Positions 24,843 through 34,186 of a stretch of DNA of 39,670 bases are shown piece by piece. Numbering within the stretch: position 1 is the first letter of the stretch; every line of letters starts with the position of its first letter. The DNA comes from Candidatus Shapirobacteria bacterium (GTDB lineage Bacteria; Patescibacteriota; Microgenomatia; UBA12405): contig VFLE01000046.1 of assembly GCA_009885205.1 (NCBI GenBank), forward strand, positions 1-39,670. The letters are read 5' to 3'. Below the pieces are notes generated by a model. That model was not told where the DNA came from, did not search any database, and was given only the letters and a program-made list of their open reading frames with translations. A program made the position numbers and the translations under genes.

Positions 24843-27800
24843 CTATACTGGGCAAGTTACTCCCGGGGCTCCTAATGTTAATGTTAAAGCAGGGGCGTCG
24901 TTCAGATCTAATTCATCAAATTCGATAAACGTTGTTGGAGACGTAATTGGCTTGCATTGGCAAACATCACCTACGCAAAGCGTTAACACTTGACCCGCTG
25001 CGCTAAAAATGTAAACTTCAAGTATATGAGGTATAGGATCTGTAGGCACATCATAAGTTCCAATTAAAACATCTTGAGCATTAGCCGGAAACTCATTTCC
25101 GCTATTTAAAGCTACCTCAATGCCATTAACCAACACAGGACCGACCTCAGAGTTGTCGCCGATAGGGCTATTATTGATTATAGTTATTTCACCTTCTCTA
25201 AACGGGTATTTTACTGTTATGCTTTGATAAACAGTGACATTCCCTGCGTCGGTTAAATTAATTACTAATAAAGTAGAACCTTGAGCAAGCCCGCTAGATT
25301 CCTGCACTAATCCATATTGGTTAATTGTAAATGTACCTTGACCATCCAATGAGTATTGGTTAATGTCCCAAGTTAAATCTTCTGTTGTTCTATTACCAAA
25401 CTGATTTGATCCATTAGATCCAGTAAATTGCCATACATTTGGTGTTCCAGAAGCTAACTCTATTGGATTAGGGATGGGTAATGCCGACGATATAATAGGG
25501 CTTTTGTTTTTTAACAAATTTGCAGATAGAGTAATAAGTTCAGTAGAAACTGGAGATCCTATTGTTGTTTTTATAATAAAATTATAAGACTCAACATTTA
25601 CGGCATTAAGCCCATAATAAAAATATGCTCCCGGAACGGCTCCTACAGTAGGTCTTGTTTTAATTATATATCTAGTTGAAGATCCTATTCTTTCTATAAT
25701 GAATTTATTTGTTAAAGTTGTACCTAGTTGGTTTTTTACAGAGAATATTTCAACAGTAGTAGGCACTACAGCAATGTCTATTGAATTAAAAAATCTAAAC
25801 CCAATACCAGAAACATTTGTCCCGGGAGCTGCGTCTTCTGATAAATCAAAAGTAAACTCAGTTATCCTTGATACATTATTCCCTCCTGTACCGGCGTCTA
25901 TAGCGCTATTCAATTCGCTTATTAATCCAGACGTAGAAGTTTCCCAATATACATCTATTCTGGATTCAACAGGTTTTGTTTCATATATAGCTAAGTTTAT
26001 TACGCTTTTACCAGAAGGTACATCTGTAGATACTCCTAATTTATTAAAAGTTGAAATTCTAGATATTAATGGATCAGAATCAATTTGATAAAATTGATTA
26101 AAACCAAATGGCAATACCTGGGAGGTGCCTTGCAGCGGAATAACTCCGTCCGGATAAAATAAAGAGCCTCCGGTAGCTATAGCGCTTGAAAAAGCATAAG
26201 TATTACCTGGGTAGGCTTGGTTGTTACGCCAGTTTTCTGTATTATTATTAACTCTAGAGTATAAAATAACGCTGCTTCTAAATTGCTTTTGATTAGGCCC
26301 AACTTCAGATAAATCCCGGGGCACTTTATTTATATTGTCGTTTATTAAAACGGCGTGAGACGTTTTTCCTATTTCTTTAGCATATCCGTCAACGCCCGGG
26401 TAAGAAGCCATTACGCCTGGAAAATATACATTATAATAATCTTGCTCTGTTTGCTTAACTACTATTTTATAAGCATACCAGCCAAGCGGGTTGTAATCCG
26501 CACTATATATATTGCCATTGTATAAGCCAGGCCAACCATTGTTTAAGTCAGGTCCTGTGGGCGATATTTTATTATTAAATAGTATTTTTAATGAATTACC
26601 AGGCCAATTCGACGGGGTAATCTCATTTTCTGTTGGGTAAGGTATATATAAAGACGAAGCTCCAAACTCTCCCGGATTAGAACTTTTTATTAAATCAGAA
26701 AGTATTACCCCGGACTGTCGCCCAAATTTATCGCATAATACAATGCCTATTTGATAATTTCTATTTAATTTAACTGAGTGATTAGGGTACTCTACAATAC
26801 TAGTTCCTTGGCTTTCTAAAAAACCGAAATTAAATTTTGTGCTAAATCCAACATTATAATCTAAATATTTTGGATATGAAAATTTATCTTGGTAATTTGC
26901 ATATACAACTCTATTGCTAATAATCTCTTGACCTAATGCTTTTACAGGGACAATATCATTTACCCTTATAGAATCGCTGCTGGGTAATGTTTTAAAAGGT
27001 TTTTTTGCTTGATAATTATAACTATAAATCTTACCTTCAGTATTCCAAATATATGGATCTTCTACTGTTCCTTTTGTTAAATTCGGGATAGTTGACACTG
27101 CTTCAACCACGCTAATTGCAACGGCATCGGACTCTTTGTAAAGTATCTCTATTTCGGTTATTTTATATAATAAATTTAATTCATTAGCAGCGGACGGTAA
27201 TGGTATTTGCAAAAGTATATTATTTGCTTTATTTTGCATAAAGCTAACTACGGTACTTCTATAAGTACTTTCTTCATCATTTACAATTGGTGATGATGTT
27301 GCATTATACAAAAAATAACCGTCTTGCTTAGGTATATACGCAATTTGTGTAAACGGAGCAATAATAGAATATTCTCCATCATCAAATTTATACCTATAAC
27401 TAAATCTAACGAATCTGCTTTCTAAATAGGCTGGGTCTCCAGGGTACTTATCTAATGGTTTATAAGGATTAGCGGTAGTTCCGTTAGGCAAATATGCGCT
27501 AACACGATCGTACATAGTCGTTTCATACTGCTCGAGTTTTAGCAATGATATATTACCGCTTGTAAAAATAGTAGATGAAGAAACAGTAAAAGAGGCTACG
27601 TTCGAACCTGACAAAGTTATTGCAGTAACTACTCCTTTAGTAAAGCTTGAACTGCCAACGTTAGCTAAAACTACATTGCCTATACTCAATAAACTTTCAG
27701 CAAAGGTAGTTGAAGGAGTTATTACCGCTGTATACGGGCTAACCGCGGGCGAAGTTGGGGCAGTTACAGTTCCAACCGTTGCCGCTACCGAAAGGGGTAA

Positions 27801-28364
27801 GTAAAATTCAGAAATTGTAAATAATTCAGGGGCTTGTTGCGGACTTAATTTTGACACGGATATTTGATCCTCAATTAAATAATAATTAGGATCTATTGAA
27901 GCTTTATCTACATTTATTTTTCTAGGTTGATTTCTATTGTCTGTCCAGAATAATAAATTTTCTAATAAGTTTATTCCATATATAGGCGATTGAGTAGAAA
28001 AATTTAAAAAAGCACCACTAGTTAATAACACTGTTGTATTTTCAAGTTGATTATAAACATATATATAATTCAAAGAAGTGTTACTATAAGCTGATCCGCT
28101 ATAATCAGTTAAAAATACATATATATTATCATTTGAATCATCTGCTAACAATCCAATACACTCAAGACCTTCTTCACCGTTTAGATAATTAAAGTCAACT
28201 ATCAAACTATTACCTAGTACATTTTGTAATGTTCCTACATCAGATCCCTCAGACCTATTTATTTGTAAGTTAAACGCTTCACGATATTCGTTAGAAGATA
28301 GTAATCTATCATCTATATCTCTATTCATCTTAGCGCCAAGAAAATTATTTTTAACTTCTGCCAT
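24843..28364 (-). CDS. large putative tail (tube/nozzle or spike) protein (1,173 aa)
   Basis: Called by size and position in the virion operon. The composition is beta-rich. It is visibly more GC-rich than its neighbours and contains four CCCGGG sites. Confidence 0.45.
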   Translation of the reverse strand: MAEVKNNFLGAKMNRDIDDRLLSSNEYREAFNLQINRSEGSDVGTLQNVLGNSLIVDFNYLNGEEGLECIGLLADDSNDNIYVFLTDYSGSAYSNTSLNYIYVYNQLENTTVLLTSGAFLNFSTQSPIYGINLLENLLFWTDNRNQPRKINVDKASIDPNYYLIEDQISVSKLSPQQAPELFTISEFYLPLSVAATVGTVTAPTSPAVSPYTAVITPSTTFAESLLSIGNVVLANVGSSSFTKGVVTAITLSGSNVASFTVSSSTIFTSGNISLLKLEQYETTMYDRVSAYLPNGTTANPYKPLDKYPGDPAYLESRFVRFSYRYKFDDGEYSIIAPFTQIAYIPKQDGYFLYNATSSPIVNDEESTYRSTVVSFMQNKANNILLQIPLPSAANELNLLYKITEIEILYKESDAVAISVVEAVSTIPNLTKGTVEDPYIWNTEGKIYSYNYQAKKPFKTLPSSDSIRVNDIVPVKALGQEIISNRVVYANYQDKFSYPKYLDYNVGFSTKFNFGFLESQGTSIVEYPNHSVKLNRNYQIGIVLCDKFGRQSGVILSDLIKSSNPGEFGASSLYIPYPTENEITPSNWPGNSLKILFNNKISPTGPDLNNGWPGLYNGNIYSADYNPLGWYAYKIVVKQTEQDYYNVYFPGVMASYPGVDGYAKEIGKTSHAVLINDNINKVPRDLSEVGPNQKQFRSSVILYSRVNNNTENWRNNQAYPGNTYAFSSAIATGGSLFYPDGVIPLQGTSQVLPFGFNQFYQIDSDPLISRISTFNKLGVSTDVPSGKSVINLAIYETKPVESRIDVYWETSTSGLISELNSAIDAGTGGNNVSRITEFTFDLSEDAAPGTNVSGIGFRFFNSIDIAVVPTTVEIFSVKNQLGTTLTNKFIIERIGSSTRYIIKTRPTVGAVPGAYFYYGLNAVNVESYNFIIKTTIGSPVSTELITLSANLLKNKSPIISSALPIPNPIELASGTPNVWQFTGSNGSNQFGNRTTEDLTWDINQYSLDGQGTFTINQYGLVQESSGLAQGSTLLVINLTDAGNVTVYQSITVKYPFREGEITIINNSPIGDNSEVGPVLVNGIEVALNSGNEFPANAQDVLIGTYDVPTDPIPHILEVYIFSAAGQVLTLCVGDVCQCKPITSPTTFIEFDELDLNDAPALTLTLGAPGVTCPV

Positions 28365-28370
28365 TTAATT

Positions 28371-29588
28371 TTAGTGTTTAATCCATTTGTATTGACCACG
28401 TAATACTTTTGTAAATTCTTCTAATTTTATGTTAGATAACCTTATTTTTGCATTTCTTATTTTAGCAAACTTCTCTTGTTTTAATCTCTGTACTATATAT
28501 TCAGGTTGGTTTTGTTTATTTGATATTACGGAGTGTAAGATATAAGCGTACATAGCTTCTTCTGCTAACTTAGGCACTCTAGTATCTAAATCATAAGCTA
28601 ATCCATCTGAAATATATTCTAATATTATTAAAGAATCAACTAAGTCACTACTAAAAGATATTTTACCTTCTCTATCATTTATCATAAATGTTCCATTGAT
28701 ATTTGCCTGAGAAGTATTCATACCATATCTTTGGCCTAATCTTCTAGATATATTATTATTATTATATATATCTGAAGTAAAATATTCTTCGTTATTTATT
28801 AATTCATTAGTTTTATTAGCATTCCATCTTTCTTCTGTAATAGATGTTCCTTCTATATTTGAATCAAATGTGTCTTGTATTGGAAAACCTTCTGTGTCTT
28901 GAATTGGAATTTCATAAGGATGTCCAGATAACATACCTGGATATATAATATGTTTAATACCATTTGAATCTATTCTAGATATTTTCACATAATTAACATA
29001 ATCTTGAGGTATGATTACATTAAGACTAGGTGGTACTGTTAGTTCTTGTGATTTTATGCTTTTTAATACATCATAACTAAACTCTTGCAAACCTCTTTTA
29101 GCATGAAAAACTATATCTGTTCTTTTTGCAGTAATTATTAACTTATCATCACCAACATAGGCAACTATAAAGTTGTTTATAAGTTCATCTAGCTTAATAT
29201 AAGCATAACTACTATAGTTCTCTTCAACAACAGTGCCGAAAGCATTATTATCACCATATTTACCACCCTCTAATCTTTTTAGTTGAACTAAGTATATATT
29301 ACCAGAGGTAGCACCACTATTTAAAGTTATAATACCACCATTAACGTTAGTAATACGAGGAGAAATAGGCGTAGTATAATATACTACTTCTGTAAAAGTA
29401 ACTCCATTGTTAGTACTTTTATAGAATTTAAAGTTATTTAATTCATAATTTTCATCATCACCATTAGATGTAAACCAAACAAACGGAGTATCGAATCCAC
29501 TAAAATTAAATATTGTCTGACCAGCAGTGGCTACAATACTTTTCGCTCCTTCGTAATATTGCCTATTAGTTTCTGTAATTAAACTCAT
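28371..29588 (-). CDS. cassette protein B' (405 aa), paralog of 30354..30962 with an extra N-terminal domain
   Basis: Shares LDELINNFIVAYVGDDKLIITAKRTDIVFHAKRGLQEFSYDVLKS and VPKLAEEAMYAYILHSVISN with B (LNDIINNFLISYTGPGKLIPDAKRTEVVFHARRCLQEFAYETLKT and IPKLAEEALYACMIYAILCN). Confidence 0.5.
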   Translation of the reverse strand: MSLITETNRQYYEGAKSIVATAGQTIFNFSGFDTPFVWFTSNGDDENYELNNFKFYKSTNNGVTFTEVVYYTTPISPRITNVNGGIITLNSGATSGNIYLVQLKRLEGGKYGDNNAFGTVVEENYSSYAYIKLDELINNFIVAYVGDDKLIITAKRTDIVFHAKRGLQEFSYDVLKSIKSQELTVPPSLNVIIPQDYVNYVKISRIDSNGIKHIIYPGMLSGHPYEIPIQDTEGFPIQDTFDSNIEGTSITEERWNANKTNELINNEEYFTSDIYNNNNISRRLGQRYGMNTSQANINGTFMINDREGKISFSSDLVDSLIILEYISDGLAYDLDTRVPKLAEEAMYAYILHSVISNKQNQPEYIVQRLKQEKFAKIRNAKIRLSNIKLEEFTKVLRGQYKWIKH

Positions 29589-29594
29589 TTGTTA

Positions 29595-30338
29595 TTATGA
29601 TTTTGAGTTGATTTGTTCTGTTTCTACTTGTTGAGCCGCTGCTTGTACAATTTGAGGATCTTTTATTATTATACCGGCGTAGACTAATATTTTAATAATT
29701 AATCTAGTTTGTTCTGATTGGTGAAGTTCAAAGTTTCTTGAACCTGTAGCCGGTACTAGCGGAACAGCAAAAGGATTTCCTGGACTATAAGTGTTAGCAT
29801 TATATAGGTATTGACCTCTAGTTCCAACTGTAAAACCCCATATAGGATCAATTATATTTCTTATATAGTTTACAGAAACACCACTAGTTATTGTTATAGG
29901 ATATACTTTTATTTTATTATCTTCGTATAGATATATAGGATAATTGTTTGATGGTCTTGTTAAATCAGATTTATTTATATTATAAAAATCACTTCTTTGT
30001 AATCTTTGTATTTCAATTTCATTATAAATAACAGTTCCTAATTCCCTAACTCCTGGACTTGTAGGTAGACTAAAAATTCCTAACGTGCCACCAGTCGCAT
30101 TACCATTAGTTTTAAATATAGCTATTTTTTCATCTATCAAAGTTACTTTATTTGCGTAATCTAAATCACTTTGTTGTATTCTAAGTAATTTATTTAAGTC
30201 ATCAAAATACTCATTAAATATTTCAATTTGTACTTGCGCTGCTATTTTGTTAAATTCATCCGGAGTGATATAACCTCTTTGTTCTTTATTAAGAATCAAT
30301 AAAACTGTTCTATAAACCGTATCTACACTTACTGCCAT
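29595..30338 (-). CDS. cassette protein A' (247 aa), paralog of 30969..31661
   Basis: By my manual alignment about 45 of the first 77 residues are identical to A (…RGYITPDEFNKIAAQVQIEIFNEYFDDLNKLLR…). The C-terminal tail is also conserved (VETEQINSKS vs VEQEVNINSKQ). Confidence 0.5.
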   Translation of the reverse strand: MAVSVDTVYRTVLLILNKEQRGYITPDEFNKIAAQVQIEIFNEYFDDLNKLLRIQQSDLDYANKVTLIDEKIAIFKTNGNATGGTLGIFSLPTSPGVRELGTVIYNEIEIQRLQRSDFYNINKSDLTRPSNNYPIYLYEDNKIKVYPITITSGVSVNYIRNIIDPIWGFTVGTRGQYLYNANTYSPGNPFAVPLVPATGSRNFELHQSEQTRLIIKILVYAGIIIKDPQIVQAAAQQVETEQINSKS

Positions 30339-30353
30339 TTGCTATTTTTTATA

Positions 30354-30962
30354 TTATGAGAAAGACGTGAATATAAGTCTAGATTTTGATCTGTCTAATT
30401 TATTCTCTTTGTCTATAAATAATCTTTGTAAAGTATTTGGGTCTGTTTTTTCGCGGTTACACAAAATAGCATAAATCATACAAGCATATAAAGCTTCTTC
30501 TGCTAACTTTGGTATTGATGCTAGTTCTTCTACGGTTAAAGCGTTAGATAAATACTGATAGACAATAGTCTCGCCTGGCCCAACAGTTGATGGAAAGTAT
30601 ATAATATTTGGACTCTTTGAATAGTCAATGTAATACTTGGACCCAGTAGGTGCCGTATCAACCTGAGTAAAAATATCGTCTTCAACAATTACTTTTATCG
30701 TTGTAACAGTATCGCTAGGCACAGTAAAAGGTGTGAACGTACCGGATATAGGCGTAGTAATTGTTACTGTCTCTCCGGCAGTGCTTGAAGTTTGTAGTTG
30801 AGTTTTTAAGGTTTCATAAGCAAATTCTTGTAGACAACGTCTAGCGTGGAATACGACTTCTGTACGTTTAGCGTCTGGAATTAATTTACCAGGACCTGTG
30901 TAAGATATTAAAAAGTTATTTATAATATCGTTTAATGATATAAAGGCATTAGAAAGTACCAT
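30354..30962 (-). CDS. cassette protein B (202 aa), virion/tail-associated, function unknown
   Basis: See B'. The N- and C-terminal blocks are conserved around a divergent centre. Confidence 0.5.
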   Translation of the reverse strand: MVLSNAFISLNDIINNFLISYTGPGKLIPDAKRTEVVFHARRCLQEFAYETLKTQLQTSSTAGETVTITTPISGTFTPFTVPSDTVTTIKVIVEDDIFTQVDTAPTGSKYYIDYSKSPNIIYFPSTVGPGETIVYQYLSNALTVEELASIPKLAEEALYACMIYAILCNREKTDPNTLQRLFIDKENKLDRSKSRLIFTSFS

Positions 30963-30968
30963 AATTTA

Positions 30969-31661
30969 TTATTGTTTTGAGTTAATGTTTACTTCTTGTT
31001 CTACTTTAGCACCTATACCCATAACCAATTGGTCCTTAGACATTACACCGGCATATTCTAATATCTTGCTTATAACCAAAGGTTGATCAGATCTGTGTAT
31101 TTCAAAATCTTGAGAATCTAATTTGTTATATACGTAATTACCTAAATTCGCATTTATATTAAAGCCCCATTTAACGTCCACTGGGAACCTTAAATAATTT
31201 AATGACAATAGAGTTCCGTTTAATTGCGTAGGGAATATCTCTATTACTTTGCTCTTATAAGTATAAACTGGATAATAATTTGTCGGAGCCGTTAAAGGAG
31301 ATGTATTTGTAGTATATACTTCGTATTCTTGAATTCTTTGTACTTCTCTATTACTTAATACAACAGTGCCTAATTCTTGTACTTCAAATGGCACGTTTAT
31401 CTTAGAATTAGTTAAAGCAACGCTTGACGCTGTTTTAAATAAAGATATTTTTTCATCAAGCAAAGACATCCTGTCGGCGTAAGCTAGACTAGATTGCGGA
31501 GTTCTTAAAAGTTGATTTAAGTCGTCAAAATATTTTGTAAATATTTCTTGTTGCACTTGGGTAGCTATCTTGTTGAATTCTAATGGAGTTAGAACACCTC
31601 TTTTTTCCTGTTCCATTACAACTAAAACCGCTTTATAAACTGAGTCTATATTTATTGACAT
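30969..31661 (-). CDS. cassette protein A (230 aa), virion/tail-associated, function unknown
   Basis: See A'. It is the first gene after the 31662-31766 non-coding spacer. Confidence 0.5.
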   Translation of the reverse strand: MSINIDSVYKAVLVVMEQEKRGVLTPLEFNKIATQVQQEIFTKYFDDLNQLLRTPQSSLAYADRMSLLDEKISLFKTASSVALTNSKINVPFEVQELGTVVLSNREVQRIQEYEVYTTNTSPLTAPTNYYPVYTYKSKVIEIFPTQLNGTLLSLNYLRFPVDVKWGFNINANLGNYVYNKLDSQDFEIHRSDQPLVISKILEYAGVMSKDQLVMGIGAKVEQEVNINSKQ

Positions 31662-31677
31662 TTATATTAATTTATAG

Positions 31678-31704
31678 TTATTATTATTGTTATTATTATT
31701 ATTA
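31678..31704. repeat. trinucleotide microsatellite (TTA)3 TTG (TTA)5
   Basis: Read directly from the sequence. It is non-coding and lies 17-43 nt upstream (minus-strand sense) of the start of cassette gene A. Confidence 0.9.
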
Positions 31705-31710
31705 TAATAT

Positions 31711-31750
31711 TTAGGCAGTTATTGCAGTTTTAAGTACAATAACCGCCTAA
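31711..31750 (-). other. 14-bp stem hairpin downstream of the 286-aa gene (RNA stability/processing or weak terminator)
   Basis: ttaggcagttattg pairs with caataaccgcctaa around a 12-nt loop. The single A.C mismatch on + becomes a G.U wobble in the minus-strand RNA. No U-tract follows. Confidence 0.5.
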
Positions 31751-31766
31751 GTATTAGTATTACATG

Positions 31767-32627
31767 TTATTTAAGTTTTTTCTCTATAGACTTGAAGATT
31801 CCAATACCTTCATCTGTCTTAAAAAATGCTGCCATTGCTGAATAAGGATTCTCGTCAAATGGTACAGTCATTAATTTTCTGTCATTTTCACCCCAATGAA
31901 AAGTTCTTTGATCTTGCGATAATTTTAAAATACCAAGTTCACTTGCTCTAATAGCTAAATTCCTTAAAGGTACATTATCATCATTTGCTAATTCTAAGAA
32001 TAAATTAGGATTTCTTCTAGCCATTAATAATAAATCTCTTCTAATTTCTTTAGAACTCATCTTATTAACTCTACTACCAACTTCTACTCTTACTATAGCT
32101 TCTGCAATATCTATATCCATTTCAATAGCAGAATTCATAGCATCTATTTCTAGTTCTATATAATCTAATTCATCTTCAGCTTCTGCAGTTGGATCAAATT
32201 CAGTATATTTTTTATTTAAAGCTGGATGATAAATAGAAAGAAGTTTTTGTAGATTTTGTTTTTCTTTTGGCACATTTAATATACCTTCTAAAAACATAAT
32301 ATGCCCTAATGTTACTTGACCTTTTTGTTTACTAACTAAAGGTGAATTTTGATTTGTAGCGTATCTTATTTCTTCTTGTTCACCTGTTTCTTTATCAAAC
32401 CATAGTAATGGGTATCTAAGTGTATGTTTTCCTTGTAATGTATAAGTTAAAGGTGAATTTGATTCTGATATTATATATGTTCTATCTTTTATTTCCCATT
32501 TATGTTTATCATCTTTAACTTCTACTATCTTTTTAGTTACAGTTTGCTCTGTATATTCTGTAGTTAATATATCTTGTGTATTAACTTCTTCTGATTCTTT
32601 TACTTTTGTTTTTTGCGTTGTCGCCAT
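31767..32627 (-). CDS. hypothetical virion-module protein (286 aa) downstream of the capsid gene
   Basis: ORF track. It is bracketed by hairpins on both sides and shares a 22-nt upstream element with the scaffold gene. Confidence 0.45.
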   Translation of the reverse strand: MATTQKTKVKESEEVNTQDILTTEYTEQTVTKKIVEVKDDKHKWEIKDRTYIISESNSPLTYTLQGKHTLRYPLLWFDKETGEQEEIRYATNQNSPLVSKQKGQVTLGHIMFLEGILNVPKEKQNLQKLLSIYHPALNKKYTEFDPTAEAEDELDYIELEIDAMNSAIEMDIDIAEAIVRVEVGSRVNKMSSKEIRRDLLLMARRNPNLFLELANDDNVPLRNLAIRASELGILKLSQDQRTFHWGENDRKLMTVPFDENPYSAMAAFFKTDEGIGIFKSIEKKLK

Positions 32628-32649
32628 AATATAATATAATTTAATAGTT
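32628..32649 (-). promoter_or_regulatory. conserved 22-nt element abutting the start codon (copy 1)
   Basis: The plus-strand sequence aatataatataatttaatagtt matches 35366-35387 at 21 of 22 positions. In minus sense it reads AACTATTAAATTATATTATATT directly before ATG. Confidence 0.35.
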
Positions 32650-32650
32650 T

Positions 32651-32701
32651 ATTTTAAAAGGTAGTAATTACCCCCATAGTTTCAATGAGGGTAATATTAC
32701 C
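32651..32701 (-). terminator. probable intrinsic terminator after the major capsid gene
   Basis: Interrupted stem: 32660-32663 pairs with 32698-32701 and 32667-32673 with 32689-32695 (attaccc/gggtaat). On the minus strand it is followed by ttttaaaat. Confidence 0.5.
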
Positions 32702-32707
32702 AGGTTT

Positions 32708-34174
32708 TTACAATGAAGCAGTAAACAATACGAAATTGTTAGCACCTTGAACAACCAAACATCTTTCAGACAAGAAATGTACTTGCATTGCATCAAGATC
32801 AGAAGTATAAGCACCTCCAACAGATCCAGTGATCCAAGTTTTCATACGTCTGTCATCTGCTTGACTAGCTCTATAACGTACGTGTAAGAATGGTCTACGG
32901 ATGTTAGTACCTAATTGTTGATCATATACTGTAGATGTTCCAGCAGGAATAAGTACACCATCAATAGAAGTATTAGCTAAACCTCCACGAGTAGAAGCAT
33001 CATTTAGATATTTCCAATCAGTTTTGTAGAAATCATAAGATCCACGACGGAAACCAGAGAAACCTAAATTCAATGCCATTTGCTCAGAGTTTTCAAATAA
33101 TCCGTAAGCAACACCACCAGCAGCGCCAGCAGATAAAGAAGCTAACATATCATCAAAATCAAGAGCAGTAGATCTGTTTAAGAAGAACATGTTTTCTTCA
33201 ATTGCTCCTTGAGTATCTAAGTTTTTCAAGATTGAATCAAAATCACCAAGACCAGCTGCTGCTGTAAAGTTATTTACAACATTACCTCTAACTCTAATAG
33301 CTGCAAAAAGACCTTCAGTTCCTTTTAATCCATTACCACTAGTTAAAGTAGATCCACCAGCTACTAATTCACCTTCAATTACAGACATTTCTAAATAATC
33401 TTCAAAACGAAGTCTTGTTTCAGCTTCTGCTTTTAAATACCATAAGAAACCACCAGTACCATCTTCAGTAGCAACTTCAACCCAACCAATTTGAGCTGTA
33501 TCAGAACCAGATATTTGATATTTTTCTTTAATTATAATAGGTGAGTTACTGAATTGAGTAAAAGATGGAGTTACAGAGTTGATACTCGAATCTGTAGTTC
33601 CTTTTTTAAATTCAGAACCATATACAAAGATTTTAAGATCTCCATTTCCTACTGTAGTAACTGGGAAAATAACATTACTTCCACCAGTAGTACCAGTAGT
33701 AGCTAAATCAGCTTGAGTATAAGGTTTTACAGTAATAAGTGCTGGGTTTGTAGTACCTGAGGTAATAGTAGTAACAAGAACTTTAAGTTCTTGTCCTGTA
33801 GAAGGACTAATAACTACTAAAGTTTGTCCAACAGAAATAACGTTATTAACTAATGCAGAACCTGTACCGCCTACAACAAAACTTAATTGAGTAGCATTAA
33901 TAACAGAAACATTACTATAAGAAATGTGTAATCTATTTTGTTCAGACCAAATGATTTGATCAGAGGACATAGGCATTTCAGCTCCTACCATACGTAAGAA
34001 TCCTGAAAGAGTTCTATTTCCATAACGTTCTACTTCTGCTTCATAAATTTCTGGAAGATATTGTTGAGAGAAGTTTTTACCACTACCGTCGGTAAAGTTT
34101 ATATAATTTGAGTCTAAAGCTTGTTGAATCTGACTAGGTTTAATAGAACCGAATGCAGGATTGACATTTGCCAT
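32708..34174 (-). CDS. major capsid protein (putative)
   Basis: Called by position directly after the scaffold gene, a downstream terminator and a size of 488 aa. I recognise no family-specific motif by eye. Confidence 0.65.
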   Translation of the reverse strand: MANVNPAFGSIKPSQIQQALDSNYINFTDGSGKNFSQQYLPEIYEAEVERYGNRTLSGFLRMVGAEMPMSSDQIIWSEQNRLHISYSNVSVINATQLSFVVGGTGSALVNNVISVGQTLVVISPSTGQELKVLVTTITSGTTNPALITVKPYTQADLATTGTTGGSNVIFPVTTVGNGDLKIFVYGSEFKKGTTDSSINSVTPSFTQFSNSPIIIKEKYQISGSDTAQIGWVEVATEDGTGGFLWYLKAEAETRLRFEDYLEMSVIEGELVAGGSTLTSGNGLKGTEGLFAAIRVRGNVVNNFTAAAGLGDFDSILKNLDTQGAIEENMFFLNRSTALDFDDMLASLSAGAAGGVAYGLFENSEQMALNLGFSGFRRGSYDFYKTDWKYLNDASTRGGLANTSIDGVLIPAGTSTVYDQQLGTNIRRPFLHVRYRASQADDRRMKTWITGSVGGAYTSDLDAMQVHFLSERCLVVQGANNFVLFTASL

Positions 34175-34186
34175 AATTTTTTAATT

